The translations under genes were made by a program, and so were the position numbers. A stretch of 61,784 nucleotides of DNA, taken from contig NW_021835237.1 of assembly GCF_006345805.1 (NCBI RefSeq), positions 1 to 61,784 of the forward strand, in the 5' to 3' direction. Origin of the DNA: Octopus sinensis (lineage: Eukaryota). The notes below the pieces were generated by a model that was not told the origin of the DNA, ran no database searches, and saw nothing but the letters and a program-made list of their open reading frames with translations. Within the stretch, counting starts at the first letter, position 1. The number at the start of each line of letters is the position of its first letter. Of the stretch, positions 1-13,320 are shown piece by piece.

Positions 1-1739
1 AGCATGGCCACAGTCAAATGACTGAAACAACTAAAAGAGTAAAAGAGAGAGTAAAACTAAAAATAAAATTTAAAATAATGAAGATCTTACACTTCATTTA
101 AAAACTAAAAAACTAAAAACCTAAAAATCTTGTAAATTCATTGGAATTGCATGCAAATAATGTTCTTTCTGATTTTAGTCATAACCTCTGACAACGTCGA
201 GTAAGTGCGTATAAACATCTTTGTATTTTTTAAATAAACGTTAAATGACCTTTCTGCTTTTAAATTCTCATTTGAGCAATTAACGATGCAGTTTCAAATT
301 TAAATGACTTAAAATTTAAACGTATCATTTCTGTAATTACCAAAAATGACTTCAAAAATGAATACAATCTTTTATCTACCTTATTTAATTAACAATGTAA
401 TTACAAGTTTCTAAGCTTTACGGCAAAATGTCCTTGCAGTGAAATATCCATACAATGAATCATCTTACGGCAAAGAGACCTATGGTCAATTGTCCTACAG
501 CAAATTTGTTTACAACAAATTTTCCAGTCACCATTTAATTGTTTACTATTCAGATTACTCTGTCAAATATAATGCTTATTTATTTACACTGTTCTGAATT
601 AATTAAGCTGTATCTTGTAGCTTCATGATTTTGATGTGTTTGTTTATCTTTAACATGACATTTTTAAGTAGGTGTGTGAAGCCAGATCTGGATGGTTTCA
701 ACATAAAACAGTTGGATTTTATAAGTGTATCTCTACAGAATTTTTATACACTTTAGAGCCAACATTGAAAGTTATGTTATGATGTTTGTCGTATACAAAT
801 ACATTGATATAAACAATGTGATCGAAGACAGAAAAATTTTCTGTCCAAACATTTTAATGCCCTCTATCATGTTTTTGTTTCATTAATATATATATATATA
901 TATATATATATGTATAAGTTCATCAAAATTTAGATTCAGATGAATATGGTACTTAATTTAAAGGCACCAGAATTTGGTATGGTATTATCCATATAAATCA
1001 AATGGGGTGATTATAATCAAAATAAGCAACATGGATATCCAAGGTAGTGTAGTACAATCGTTTCATGCTGCTTCATTTTATTAAACAATGTAAGTATTAC
1101 ATCAGTTTTAAAATGTAGAGCAATCTTCAGTCACATATAGAATTTTTTAATTGAATAGACAATGTACATTTTTATACTTATTCCATTTGCCAACATTACA
1201 AAGAGGGTAGACATATAGACAGAGAGGTTAATTTCATCATTAGGAACATAGTAGTAGAAGGTCCTTCCCCATGGGCAGATTTTTTATCACTGAGTTCACT
1301 TTGTTATTTAGATTTACCAATGGGGAGGGGGTTTCTTATTTTTTAAAACATCAAATGGTTATGGGGGTAAAACAGAAATGAAAGGGGTCCATTGGCAGAA
1401 AATCAGTGTTCTGGACTTTTGAAAGCCCCCTTATTTGATAACAATCAAAGATTGGTGATAGGAATAGCATCCCAACCACAAAATTTTGCCTTAAAGAATT
1501 CTATCTACTCCTTACAAGCATGGAAAAGGGGATGATGATGATGTATGAAAGTGTAATTTGAGGGAGATTTGGCTGCTATTTTTAAATTATCAAGCAGCCA
1601 TGTAGAGGCTCCACTTCTGTAGCTGTAGCTATTTGATTCCTGACAGTAGTGACAGGGTATGTAAGTGGGTGGAAAGTTAAGTCGGGTGACATATAGATTA
1701 CAGATACAGGTAGGTGATCATTTTTAAAAATAGATATCA

Positions 1740-2296
1740 GATACCAGGATGGTTTGATGGTTTAGGGTGGATGGGGTGGAAGAATGGGGTAGATGGTTGG
1801 GGTGGGTTGGAGGAGTAGATTGAGAGGTGGATGGAGAAGTGTAGGGTGGATTGCAGATTGCAGGATGGATGGAATGATGGATAGGTGAGGGGTGGATGGA
1901 AATGTGGATGAAGAGAATGGATGGAGGGGTTGATGCAAGGAGTGAATTGAGGGGTGGATCAAGAAAAGATGGGTGGATGGAGGGATAGGTGGGATGGATG
2001 GGGGGTGGATGGTGTGGGTGGATGGTGAGGTTAGATGGAAGGGATAGATGAGTGGATTGCTAGGTGGATGGATGAAAGGGTGGATAGTTGGAGTGGTTGG
2101 GTAGGTAGAGGGCTTGAAAGGTGCATGGAATGATAGAGAGGTGAGATGGGTGAAAGGGAGAATGGAGTTTATGGAGGGAGTGAGTGGGTGGATAGGTGCA
2201 TGGGTGCATGGAAGGATGGATGGGTAGATGGGGTGAATGGAGCAGTGGATGGTTGCTTGGAAGGGTGTTAGGTAGGGTTGGTGGAGAAACAGATGA
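1740..2296 (+). repeat. G-rich degenerate (GGAT/GGGT)n simple repeat
   Basis: Continuous GGATGG/GGGTGG motifs; overlapping His/Pro/Ser ORFs are repeat translations. Confidence 0.9.
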
Positions 2297-2574
2297 ATGG
2301 ATGGAGGGATGAAAGTATTGAAGGGAGGAATTGCAAGTTTGGAAGGGGTAACTCAAAGACTAAGAGATGTGATGGCGGAGGAAGAGGAGAAGGAAAACAA
2401 TGATGATAGAGCTGATGAAGATGCTGATGATGATAACGATGATGATGACAATTATGATGACAGATATGATGACGATGATGATGATAATGAACAGGAAGAG
2501 ATGTGGGAGAGAGAAGAAGAAAGAAGAAGAGAAAGAAGAAGAAGAAAAAGAAGAAGAAGAAGAAGAAGAAGAAG

Positions 2575-2605
<31 letters not shown>

Positions 2606-2615
2606 GGAAGAAGAG

Positions 2616-2648
<33 letters not shown>

Positions 2649-3030
2649 AGGAAAAAGAAAAAGAAGATGAGGAAAAGCAGAGAGATGAGGGAGAGAAAAA
2701 CGAAGATAAGGAAGAAGTGATGAAGAAAGATGAGAGGGATGAGGAAGGATGAGGAAGGATGAGGAAGAGGAAGAAGGAAAGGAGATAGAAGTGTAGGAGA
2801 GAGGAATAAAATATAATGAATGAATGAATGAATGAATGAATGAAGGATGGTAAGCTGGAAGAAAGAAAGAAAGAAAGAAGCTGGAAGAATGAAAGAAAGA
2901 AAGAATGACAGAAAGAAAGAAAGATAAAGAAAGAGAGAAAAAAGATGACTGGTTTGAATAAATGAGCGAAAGAATTAAAACACAGAATGAAAGAAAGAAA
3001 GAAAGAAAGAATGACAGACAAACGAGAAAG
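2297..3030 (+). repeat. Polypurine compound simple repeat (GAT)n/(GAA)n/(GAAA)n/(GAAT)n
   Basis: Visible tandem triplets and tetramers; poly-D/E/R ORFs are artefacts. Confidence 0.9.
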
Positions 3031-3244
3031 CAAAATGGAAGAATGAATCTCCTTTACTATTTAATAAAAAAATAAAATAAAACAAAACAAGACAAAAAAC
3101 AATGAAACTTTTATTGATTTTAATTCCACTAATCAATGAGTAGATTCCCAAGAGTCAGACTCTGCCCTACCACCTGCTTCTTGTCCTTCCTCCCCCAGCC
3201 CCCACGGCAACGCAACACTCCACCTCTTCAGGTCAAAGGAGAAA

Positions 3245-3314
3245 CTATCTGTACAGTTCGTATTTCAAGCATATTTCAAGAACGACTATGAAGTCACACA
3301 CTGTTTCTTTTGTT
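3245..3314 (-). CDS. Candidate terminal exon of unidentified minus-strand gene (TKETVCDFIVVLEICLKYELYR*)
   Basis: Long T-rich tract then TTTTTAG acceptor; phase 2 matches the exon at 5994-6057; AATAAA on the minus strand near 3110; no homolog recognised. Confidence 0.3.
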
Positions 3315-3821
3315 CTAAAAATTCCTTCAATGAATAAAAAAGATAAAACGAAAAAAATAAGAAAAAAATAATAATAAAATATAATAAAGGGGGGAAAAAA
3401 TATATTTACAAAAAAAAAAAAATGTAAGAAGAAAAATTTAAAAAAAAAAAAAACCAGTAAAAAAGAAATCAATAAGGAAATTCACATGATTCTGAATATT
3501 GATCTGCGGAAACATTTCACTCTTCGGCTGTTTTAGATGTTAATTCTGTTCTGCTTGTGGGTGTGTGCATGTGTGTATATATATTCATATACATACATAC
3601 ATACATATATACATACATACATAAATACATACAAACATACATATATATATATATATATAATATATATATGTGTAATTATGTATATATATCTATGCATTTG
3701 TATATATATATATATATGTATATGTATATATATATGCCCACACACACACACATACATATAAATGCATATATATATGTATGAATATGTATATGTATACACA
3801 TACATACATACATATATATAT

Positions 3822-3864
<43 letters not shown>

Positions 3865-4215
3865 TACATACATACATATATACACATTACATTGTTGTAT
3901 GTTGTATGTACCAGTGGTTGTACACATATGTATGTATTTGCAAGTCTGTTTCTGTATATGTAAACATATATAAAAAGTACATTTATATATCATAAAAAAA
4001 TACATGCACACACAAACACACACACACACACACACATATGTGCATAGACATAGTGTGTATGTATATACACACATATATGTATATAAATGTATATGCATAT
4101 ATATATATAGCATGGAAAGCGGACGTTAAACGATGATGATGATATATATATAAACATACATATATATAGATGTATATATGCATGTGTATATGTGTATGTA
4201 TATACATATATATAA

Positions 4216-4252
<37 letters not shown>

Positions 4253-4639
4253 TTTATACATACACACACACATATATAACATATGTATATATATGTATGC
4301 ATGTGTATATATGTATGTATGTAATTTAATTACAATTTAGTATAATTATCTTATACTCTTTATTTAGGCAGGTTTTGATTAAATACACGACTAGTAGAAT
4401 TTATCTATCATGATTTAAAGGTAACTCTAATTAGTTTAATTAGAACTGGCTGTATATTGATTTCTTTATGTTCAGGAAAAATACAGGGTTAAATGAGTTT
4501 TTATCATTGCCCTTTGACATTTCTAACGATAAAGACTAGAGCACTACTTAAGAGAATTAGTGCAAAAATAATTAATGCGCTATGATATTGCTCCAGATTG
4601 GTCTTTGCTGTGAAGGTGAAAAGCTAGTTTAAATATTGA

Positions 4640-5052
4640 AAGGGTTACAAGAACTATTAACACTAACAGCGGCAACAGCAGCAATGAAGCTCCGGCGTGG
4701 GTGGTGGGTGGGTGATGAACCCCGCTGTAATCTTTCACCACAACTTTCTCTCACTCATTCTTCTTACTTCTGCCACAAAGCAGAGGATTCATGGTGTAAC
4801 CCACTATGGTGGGGGTAAAACTTTCAGACCCTAGTCTAGATTGTGAATCCTCTGTACCCCAGGATGGTTCAGCTCTCCACCCATTAAAAGCCACCATTTA
4901 CGGGATGTGGATAACAACGTAGCTTTCGCGCCCGTGCAACCGCCAGTCTATCGCGAATGGTGGGTGGATCTTCAAGTTGCCACACGCATTCTTAGTAGCT
5001 TAGAGTAGGCTCGAATGGAGATTTTCTTTGTGGCTAATGGTGTGAGTCCTGA
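4640..5052. mobile_element. Unclassified GC-richer interspersed element abutting (GAA)n
   Basis: Complex CpG-containing block with internal inverted repeat GAGGATTCA/TGAATCCTC, joined directly to the GAA tract; family not recognised. Confidence 0.35.
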
Positions 5053-5680
5053 TTGAAGAGAAGAAGAAGAGAAGAAGAAAAGAAGAAGAAGAAGAAGAAG
5101 AGAAGAAGAAGAAGAAGAAGACGGAAGAAGAAGAAGAAGAAGAAGAAGAAGAAGAAGAAGAAGAAGAAGAAGAAGAAGAAGAAGAAGAAGACAGCAGCAA
5201 TGATTACAACAAACATTGTCAACATCATCATGATGTCCAATACTGCTTGCTACTACCACTACCACTACCACTAACAACAACAATAACAATGATGACCACC
5301 ACCATTGCCACCACTATCAACACCACTTTCACCACCACCACTATCAACACCACTTCCACTACCACCTAAACCATGACTACCATTACTACTACCACCATCA
5401 ACATCATCATTGTCATCATCATAGTATTCAACGTGATCATTCTCATCATCATAGTATTCAACGTGATCATTCTCATCATTGCTATTGTCCTCAACATTGT
5501 CTTCACCACCGACACCACCACTACCAGCATCACCACCACCCATCATCATCATCGTCGTCATCATCATCGTCATCATCGTCATCATCGTCATCATCGTCAT
5601 CATCATCATTATCGTCATCATCGTCATCATCGTCATTATTGTTGTCACCATGATCATCATGATCATCATCGTTTTAAATC
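5053..5680. repeat. (GAA)n, (CAC)n and (CAT/CGT)n trinucleotide repeats
   Basis: Directly visible. Confidence 0.95.
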
Positions 5681-5993
5681 CACTCTTCAGGCTGGCTTGA
5701 GTCAGAACGACCATGATGGGTTGACTGACACAATCTCATTTGTACATTTAATTTTTGGCCTCGTTTCTATGACTACATGTCTCTTCTTAACATCAACCAC
5801 CTTGGATGCACTTTATCATGGCACCAGCACTAGTCAGGTTTCCAGGTACTTAACAACACTAAAGAGCCCTCTAAGTCGCACATTTCCACTCCCCCATTCA
5901 CTCACTCACTAACAACTTTACAACAAACTATATATGTATAAATATGTAGACATTAATGTTTGTTTTTATATTCAGTTATGGAAATGATTTTAC

Positions 5994-6057
5994 ATTAATT
6001 TGATGGATTGCTCTATATTTTTGAGGAGTTCAAGTTTATTATTCTTATACAAGGATG
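5994..6057 (-). CDS. Candidate internal exon, 64 nt (SLYKNNKLELLKNIEQSIKL)
   Basis: CAACAG acceptor, GTAAAA donor, open frame phase 1 to 2. Confidence 0.4.
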
Positions 6058-6189
6058 CTGTTGACAGTGACAGCAGTCAGTGAAAAACTTTCCTATACGC
6101 ATAAACAGTCTTGTCACCCAAATGTAGTAATTTTAAAACCTGATAACTAACATAAGTAATAGAGTTTCTAACCTGTCTTCCACTAAAGA

Positions 6190-7260
6190 AATTTTTGACA
6201 AAGCAGCCCCTATTACAACAATGCCCTAGCCAATAGTGGTTTTAAGTATAAATTGATATATAACCCCTCTAACATTAATTGGAATAATAACAATAGACCT
6301 AAAAACAGACCTGGAAAATATTTTAGTTCATCCCACCACCTTTCCCTTAATGTAGAAACTAACTTAGGTAAAAGATTCCTGTCTCTCCTAGACAAATATT
6401 TTCCAGAAAATTACAGGTGCAGGAAAATATTTAACAGGCACTCAGTGAAAATATTATATAGCTGATGCCCTAATATGAAAAGTATCATTACATGAGAACA
6501 ACACCAAGAGCTCACTCTCAATTGTAACTGTCAAGACACAGTGACCTGTCCACTTGACCAGGGATGTATGATTAATTCTGTCATATATGAGGTAGAAGTT
6601 ACAGCAACGCTAGATGATAACAATCAATTAGAAGAGCTGTATCAGATTATGTGAAGGTGAATTAAAAAATCGCTGTGCTAATCATATATCTTCCTTGCAA
6701 CACAGGAACAAAAGTAAAGCTACTAAATTGGCTAGCCACATATAGAATTTGAAGTTAAATGCCACAAATAATAAAGTGGAAAATAATTGAAAATCCACTC
6801 CATATGTTACTGGCCCAAAAAAATGTAGGCTATGCATAGCTGAAAGAACTCAGATCCTTTTCAGATCTAAAAAATCTACACACTGCTGAATTCTAGATAC
6901 AAAATTTGCAGCAGTTGTGAACATATGTCTAAGTTCCTGTTAACAAACTGGAAAGTACCACCCTCTCCAGATTGAGCAACTCTATCACAGAGTCTAAACT
7001 GCTATACCTTCAGCCTTATATGTTATGGTCTAAAGGGAAATAACTCTAATCACCCCTTTTGCTTCTTTCTGATTTTGTTTTTGCTTTTGATTTTGTTTTA
7101 TATCTATTTTTTTCTTATCTTTTCTCGCTTTTTCCCTCATTCTATCATCCCAGTTTTAGTTTCTTTATGCCATGTGGGCAGTGCCCGATGATTGAGCTAG
7201 GACACGAGACATGTTAAAAAATACTGTCTGGCATGCTCTCAGCACATGGAAACTATTAGT
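6190..7260 (+). mobile_element. Decayed Penelope-like element: RT C-terminus plus GIY-YIG endonuclease and 3' tail
   Basis: Translation NVETNLGKRFLSLLDKYFP..KIFNRHSVKILYS, then CNCQDTVTCPL, ELKNRCANH, KCRLCIAE and CEHMSKFLL with stops/frameshifts; decayed hammerhead-like CCGATGA..GAGACATGTT at about 7185-7215. Confidence 0.85.
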
Positions 7261-7411
7261 AACACATAAAAACATATACTGTGTTTATTGAATAACTATG
7301 TCAAATAGTCTCAAAGTGTTGCTCCAGCATGGCTGCAGTCAACTGACTGAAGCAAGTAAAAAAATAAAGGAATATATTTGTGTGTGTGTGTGTGTGTATA
7401 CATACATACAT

Positions 7412-7446
<35 letters not shown>

Positions 7447-7447
<1 letters not shown>

Positions 7448-8714
7448 TGAGTCATCCCATAAATAATGCAGATTTTTATACTTCTTTTATTTTTCAAAAT
7501 TAAGATAAACAAAATTCTTTTCAAATCTAAAATATACTCTCCTTCATTTTCTACAATGCTCTTTCATCTATCTGGTAGACTTGCAAGGCCCCTCTTCTAA
7601 AATTCACTTGTCCGTGACCAAAAATACTCCTCCAGTACTCTTCTCACCTCGTCTACAGAGTTCATAATTTTTCTGTCCAAATGATTTTGAAGACTGTGGA
7701 ATAGATGATAATCAGATGAGGCAATGTCCAGTGAATACGATACGTGGGACATCGTTTACCATTCAAATTGTTCCAGCCTTTGAAATGTCATCCTTGCTGT
7801 AAGTGGCTGAGCATTATCCCGATGGAAGAACACCTTTCATCTTGAAACCAAAGATGGTTCTTTTCCTTCTAGTGCTGACTTAAATCACTGAAGCTGTTTG
7901 CAGCATATCTCCTTTGTTATCGTTTGGTTTTGGTTTTAAAGTACAAAGTAAACTGAACCTTTCATATCTTACCAAACAGATAACAATACCTTACATGGGT
8001 AAAGACCTTCTTTAGCCTGGGATGCTGGTGTTTCTCCTTTCCCTACCCAATGTTTTTGGTGATTGACATTTTTATAGAGAACACATTTTTCTTCACCAGT
8101 CACTATTTGGTCAAAAACAGGTACATTCGTAAGACATGACAGCAAAGAAGAGCATGTATTCACTCTCTGTGCATGATTAGACTTGGAAAGTTTGTGGGGA
8201 ATCCATTGACCCAATTTGCTTACTTTTCCGATGGTACGCAGGTGTCGATGGATGGTTGAATGATCAAATCCAAGCTTCTCTTCTAGTGGATTTTGTTTCA
8301 CCAGGATTTGCAGGACGCCCTTGTTGAGCTCAACAGACCTTCCAGGATGAGGCTTGTCTTCTAGGCTGTAGTTTCCAACTTGGAATTTCTGAAGCCATGG
8401 TTGACACTGACTTATGCTTATTGTCCGATCCCTATATAATGCATTACTATTCCTCACACTTTCCATTGTGTTGTTGCCTTTATTGAACTCAAAGCAAAAT
8501 ATGCCGAATATGCTCTTTTATCACTTCCATTATAGCTTTGAAAAAATAACTGTTAAAATCGAACTGCACTCTTCAAAACTTACACTAAGAATAAGTGCAC
8601 GGCAGAACTACTACTTGCTTTTGTAGCAAGTTGATGCAGGTAGTTTATCCCATCCCCATCCAACTTTTAGTTCATGCAATTGAAAAAAACTGCATTATTT
8701 ATGGGATGCCCCAA
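7447..8714 (-). mobile_element. Full-length mariner transposon, inactive transposase
   Basis: TIRs TTG(A/G)G(T/G)CATCCCATAAATAATGCAG at both ends with flanking TA; WIPHKL and IVTGEEK motifs; 1268 bp; stops and frameshifts. Confidence 0.95.
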
Positions 8715-8747
8715 TATATAAATTTATATATATATATATATAGTTGG

Positions 8748-8925
8748 GGAGAATATGTAAAAAAACAAAAGATGAAGACAGGTGGTATAGACAACAAATG
8801 GATGTATTAGTATAATGCTCAGGAAGTGAAAAAGTCTTTAACGTTTTGAGCCTAAGCTCTTCCACAGAAAGGAACACAGAAAGAAACAAGGAGAGAATAA
8901 AGAATGTGTAGTGGCTAGCGATCTA
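8748..8925 (-). mobile_element. Family A short hammerhead-bearing element (Penelope pLTR-like)
   Basis: Homologous to 18650-18815 and 61660-61784; CTTT CTGTGGA A GAGC TTAG GCTC AAAAC GTT AAAG at 8836-8871. Confidence 0.7.
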
Positions 8926-8954
8926 TCATGGCAAATATATATATATATATATAT

Positions 8955-9140
8955 GTACCGTTGGCGATTTTGTTTTCCTCTGGATCTTTCCTTCTCCTCT
9001 GTTTCCGACAAAGAGCTCCGCTTGAAACATTAAACCCTCCTTCTTCCCTTCTTTCCTGAGCGTCCAATAATACTATATTTGTTCCACGTCCTCGTGTTGT
9101 TGTGTTTTTTGTGTTTTCTTGTTTGGATTAACTTTATATA
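8955..9140 (+). mobile_element. Family B short hammerhead-bearing element, decayed core
   Basis: GTTT CCGACAA A GAGC TCC GCTT GAAAC ATT AAAC at 9001-9035; related to 27170-27325; ends at (TA)n. Confidence 0.65.
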
Positions 9141-10045
9141 TATATACATACATATACACACATACACATATGTACATATTTATGTATATATGCACACACA
9201 TACATTCTGTTTTGGTAAGTTACATTTGAGAAAGTACTCGAGTCTTATCCAGGTATTTTTTAAAACAAAAAGAGAGAGAGAGACAGAGAGAGAACACAAT
9301 ATATTTGTTTCCCTTAAGTAATGCACAAACCTTTACTGGGAGAGCATAAAAGTTCGCCAAAGGTTTAAACAATTCTATCTTGTTAACAACACAAAGAGCC
9401 TATGCGTATTACTTCAGGTCACATGCAATTGTTTACAGCAATTTAGAAATTAAATCAACCATTGAATTCTGTGTATTTAGGGTTGTTTGTTAACATAATA
9501 AAACTTTGCTGTAAATGGAAATTATTAGTAGAATGTTCGCTTTTGCTTAACTATGATTTAGTTTTCTCTTTCTTGAGTAAATACAGGTCTGGTCCTCACA
9601 TGATGCTAAAACTGTAGAGGCGTATAGGCATGCAAATGTACACCAGTGTGTTTATGTTTTCATGCATGTTTGTATGTGTGTCTGTGTGTGTGTGGTAGTG
9701 TGGGTAGTGTGTATCTACATTACATTCTTACACATATGTATATCTGTAAGTGTGTATATGTAAGTATTTAGATGCATATGTGTGTGTGTGTGTGTGTATA
9801 TACATATACACACAAACATATATGCTTATATGCAAGTTCATATATACTTATATATATATGTACATATATATACACACTACACACAGACACACATACACAC
9901 ACACACACACAATCACACATATATACATATATATATATGTATATCACATATATACATATATATTATGTAATATCTATACGGGAACACACACCACCATATA
10001 TATATATATATATATACATACATATATACATACATATATACATAT

Positions 10046-10078
<33 letters not shown>

Positions 10079-10135
10079 TATATATATCGTATATACCTGC
10101 ACTTACATAACACACACACATACAAACACAGGCGT

Positions 10136-10177
<42 letters not shown>

Positions 10178-10199
10178 TGTAAATGAGCGTGTTTGTGTA

Positions 10200-10890
10200 T
10201 ATATTTACATACATCTAATTTGTATGTATACAAAATAATCATATATCCATACATACAGACATACAACATATATACCTGCGCATACATAACTGAAACACAC
10301 ACCACACACATACATATGCACACAAAGGCACACACACATTTATGAGTGTGTATGTGTATATATGTACATCCATCTTATTGTATACAAAATAACCATATAT
10401 CCATGCATACGTATGCATATATATACCATGTATGCCTGTGCATATATAACACATACGGACACAAACACTCACATACATGCACACACACACATACACACAT
10501 ACACATACATACATGAGTGTGCATGTGTATATATTTACAACCATTTTATTGAATGCATATGAAATAACCATATATCTTCACATACATACACATATATACA
10601 ACATACACACACAAACACACACATGCAAACACACACACACACACAGACACACACAAAGACTCATGCACAAACACACGCGCACACACAACACACACAAACA
10701 CACACACACACACACACACACAAACAGATGCTCATACACATGCACACGTGCTCGCATACATACATATATACATATATGCGTGTGCATGTGTATATATCTA
10801 CATTCATTTTATTGAATGCATACAAAATAACCATATATCTCCACACACACACACAAGCCCAAACACACATACACACACATACATATGTAT
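10200..10890. repeat. Diverged minisatellite of microsatellite-laden units, 4 copies
   Basis: Anchor resembling TACAAAATAACCATATAT recurs near 10230, 10385, 10560 and 10820. Confidence 0.65.
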
Positions 10891-11002
10891 ATAGGAACAG
10901 GCATGATTATGTGTCTAACTAGTTTACTTATTAAACACACAGCTGCAGTATTCACTCACACACACAGCTCTGTTGTTTTAACACATACACATCCGTGCTT
11001 AC

Positions 11003-11077
11003 ATAAGTCACATGAGATTTTGTTAAGACAGTCTTCTATGGTTGAGTAACCTTCCTGACAAGAACCCTCACCTTTTC
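11003..11077 (-). CDS. Candidate internal exon, 75 nt (KGEGSCQEGYSTIEDCLNKISCDL)
   Basis: TTGTTTAG acceptor, strong GTAAGC donor, open frame phase 1 to 1, in a unique-sequence island. Confidence 0.5.
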
Positions 11078-11361
11078 CTAAACAAGGTCATATTTTTGAC
11101 ATGTTATAAACAAATGACACCCTGCTTCTATGAACAGTATGCAAGTACATGAACTTGGCTTGGTGTATTGGTATAAGTACAGCTGTATAGGTATGTGTGT
11201 GTGTTTGTGTGCATATGTGTGTATAAGTGGGTGGTGCTGTATTTGTATATATATATATATATAAACATACATGTGAGTGCATACAGAATGTGATCAGGTA
11301 AAGTTAGGTATACATGCATGCGTATAGATTTCTGTACATACATCTATATGTGTATATGCAT

Positions 11362-11655
11362 AGGAGTGGCTGTGTGGTAAGAAGCTTGCTTGCTTACGAA
11401 CCACATGGTTCTGGGTACAGACCCACTGCATGGCACCTTGGAGCCTCGAGCTGACTAAAGCCTTGTGAGTGGATTAGGTAGACGGAAACTGAAAGAAGCC
11501 CGTCGTATATATGTATATATATGTATGTGTGTGTATATGTCCGTGTGTCTGTATTTGTCCCACCAACATCACTTGACAACTGATGCTGGTGTGTTTATGT
11601 CCCTGTAAATTAGTGGTTCAGCAAAAGACACTGATAGAATAAGTACTAGGCTTAC
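11362..11655 (+). mobile_element. tRNA-derived SINE with internal microsatellite (family S1)
   Basis: Head GGAGTGGCTGTGTGGTAAG..GGTTC; matches other S1 copies in the window. Confidence 0.85.
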
Positions 11656-11659
11656 AAAG

Positions 11660-12555
11660 AATAAGAAATGTCCCGAAAGACCAACTGACATCAACAAGTT
11701 GCTGAAAGGTACTAGAAATGTATTGCCGTCATTCAAGAAAATCTGTTTGAAAAGCGAGTTGCGAGTTGCAAAATAGGAATTTCAAAATTAAGGGTCAATC
11801 ACATTTTGGATGGTAGTCATTACAAAAAGTTTGCATTCCAAGATTGGTCTGTGATTTCAATAAAGATGACCCAAGCTGAAGAGCGAGATTTTGTGAGAGG
11901 TACTTGGCAAGACATGTAGAAGATACACATTCTCTAACAGAGCTTGTTTGGAGTGATGAGGCTACATTTAAATTAAATGGCTTGATTAACCACCATAATT
12001 GCATCGACAGGGGACTCGAGAGTCTGCATATTGTGGAGGGACATCATGTTAATTCACCTGGAGCTACAGTATGGCATGTCTTATCAAAAAGGTTAATTGG
12101 GCCATGTTTTTATGATGTTGTAATTAGTCCCCTTTATGAGGGGGTGCTGGAAAGGTCCTGACTTTAAGGATATCTCAGAAGGCCTGGTTGGAGGCCCAAC
12201 CTCCTGAGTTCTTTTGCAGGACTTAGAAAAACTGAAGGACTGCTGCAATGAGCGTGTGAAGCTGAGAGGAGAATATGTTCAATAAAATCATAATTAACTG
12301 ATCTTCATGTATTTTCTTTAACACAAAGCCAGGTACTTTTCTGTGCCCTTTCGTACTTGAATGTTTTATTTGAGAAACTGTCATGCCGAACATTCAAGAG
12401 AGCTCTGAAGAATTGAAGTTCTATTTCCAGTAAGACGAGGCAACCCAATATTACTATAGTAAAGTAAGAGCCTACCTTGACAAGATTTTGCCAAACAAGT
12501 GGATCAGATAAAGAGGCTGTGCAGAATATTTTCTGTGTTCACTATATCTCCCATC

Positions 12556-12599
<44 letters not shown>

Positions 12600-13310
12600 G
12601 TTTAGCATCCACTTTCCATGCTAGCATAGGTTGGACGGTTCAACTGGGGTCTGGGACGCCAGAAGGCTGCACCAGGCCCAGTCTGATCTGGCAATGTTTC
12701 TACGGCTGGATGCCCTTCCTAACGCCAACCACTCCGTGGGTGTAGTGGGTGCTTTTTACATGCCACCAGCACAGGTGCCAGACGAGGCTGGCAAACGGCC
12801 ACAATCGGATTGTGCTTTTTACGTGCCACTGGCATGGAGGCCAGTCGGGGTGGCGCTGGCAACGGCCACGTTCGGATGGTTCGGCCCTGGTATCACAGCT
12901 ACAATTTCCATTGATGTTGATCGATTTCGATTTTGATTTTGATTTTCACTTGCCTCAACAGGTCTTCACAAGTAGAGTTTTGTGTCCTAAGAAGGAAAGG
13001 TATGCATAGGTGACCCAAGAAGGAAAGGTATGCCATTAAACAATTTTTTGTATGGATACTTAAAAATTAAAGTTTATAGCATGAAACCAGCAACAGTAGA
13101 CGAACTGAGGGCAGCCACTGAACACAGAAATGCCCACATATACCAAACAATATGTTCCTTGATTTTTGTGATTCCATTGTTCCTTTTATCAGCAGCGTCT
13201 GGACCAAAACAGTCATCAGTTTGAAAACAAGTGTTCATGAATAAATTCAATTCAGTCAGTAGATTCTATTAAATCTTGAAAGGGAAATGTATTTTGATAA
13301 ACATTAAGTT
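11660..13310 (+). mobile_element. Fragmented Tc1/mariner-superfamily element interrupted by an RTE 3' end
   Basis: VWSDEATFKLNGLINHHNC (11904-12161) and PLNNFLYGYLKIKVYSMKPATVDEL (13030-13224). Confidence 0.7.
12560..13015 (-). mobile_element. 5'-truncated RTE LINE 3' end with GC-rich modules and (GAT)n tail
   Basis: Shares GGCGTTAGGAAGGGCATCCAGC and the tail with the ORF-linked copy at 30650-31605. Confidence 0.85.
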
Positions 13311-13320
13311 TATAACAATA

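Noticed and set aside
2297-2752. Acidic/Arg-rich 151-aa ORF
   Set aside because: Entirely GAT/GAA repeat; no splice or codon evidence.
3232-3291. Plus-strand terminal exon VKGETICTVRISSIFQERL*
   Set aside because: All three frames are briefly open and no upstream partner exon was found; overlaps the minus-strand candidate.
11362-11440. tRNA genes at SINE heads
   Set aside because: A/B-box-like motifs run into SINE bodies and no full cloverleaf is evident.
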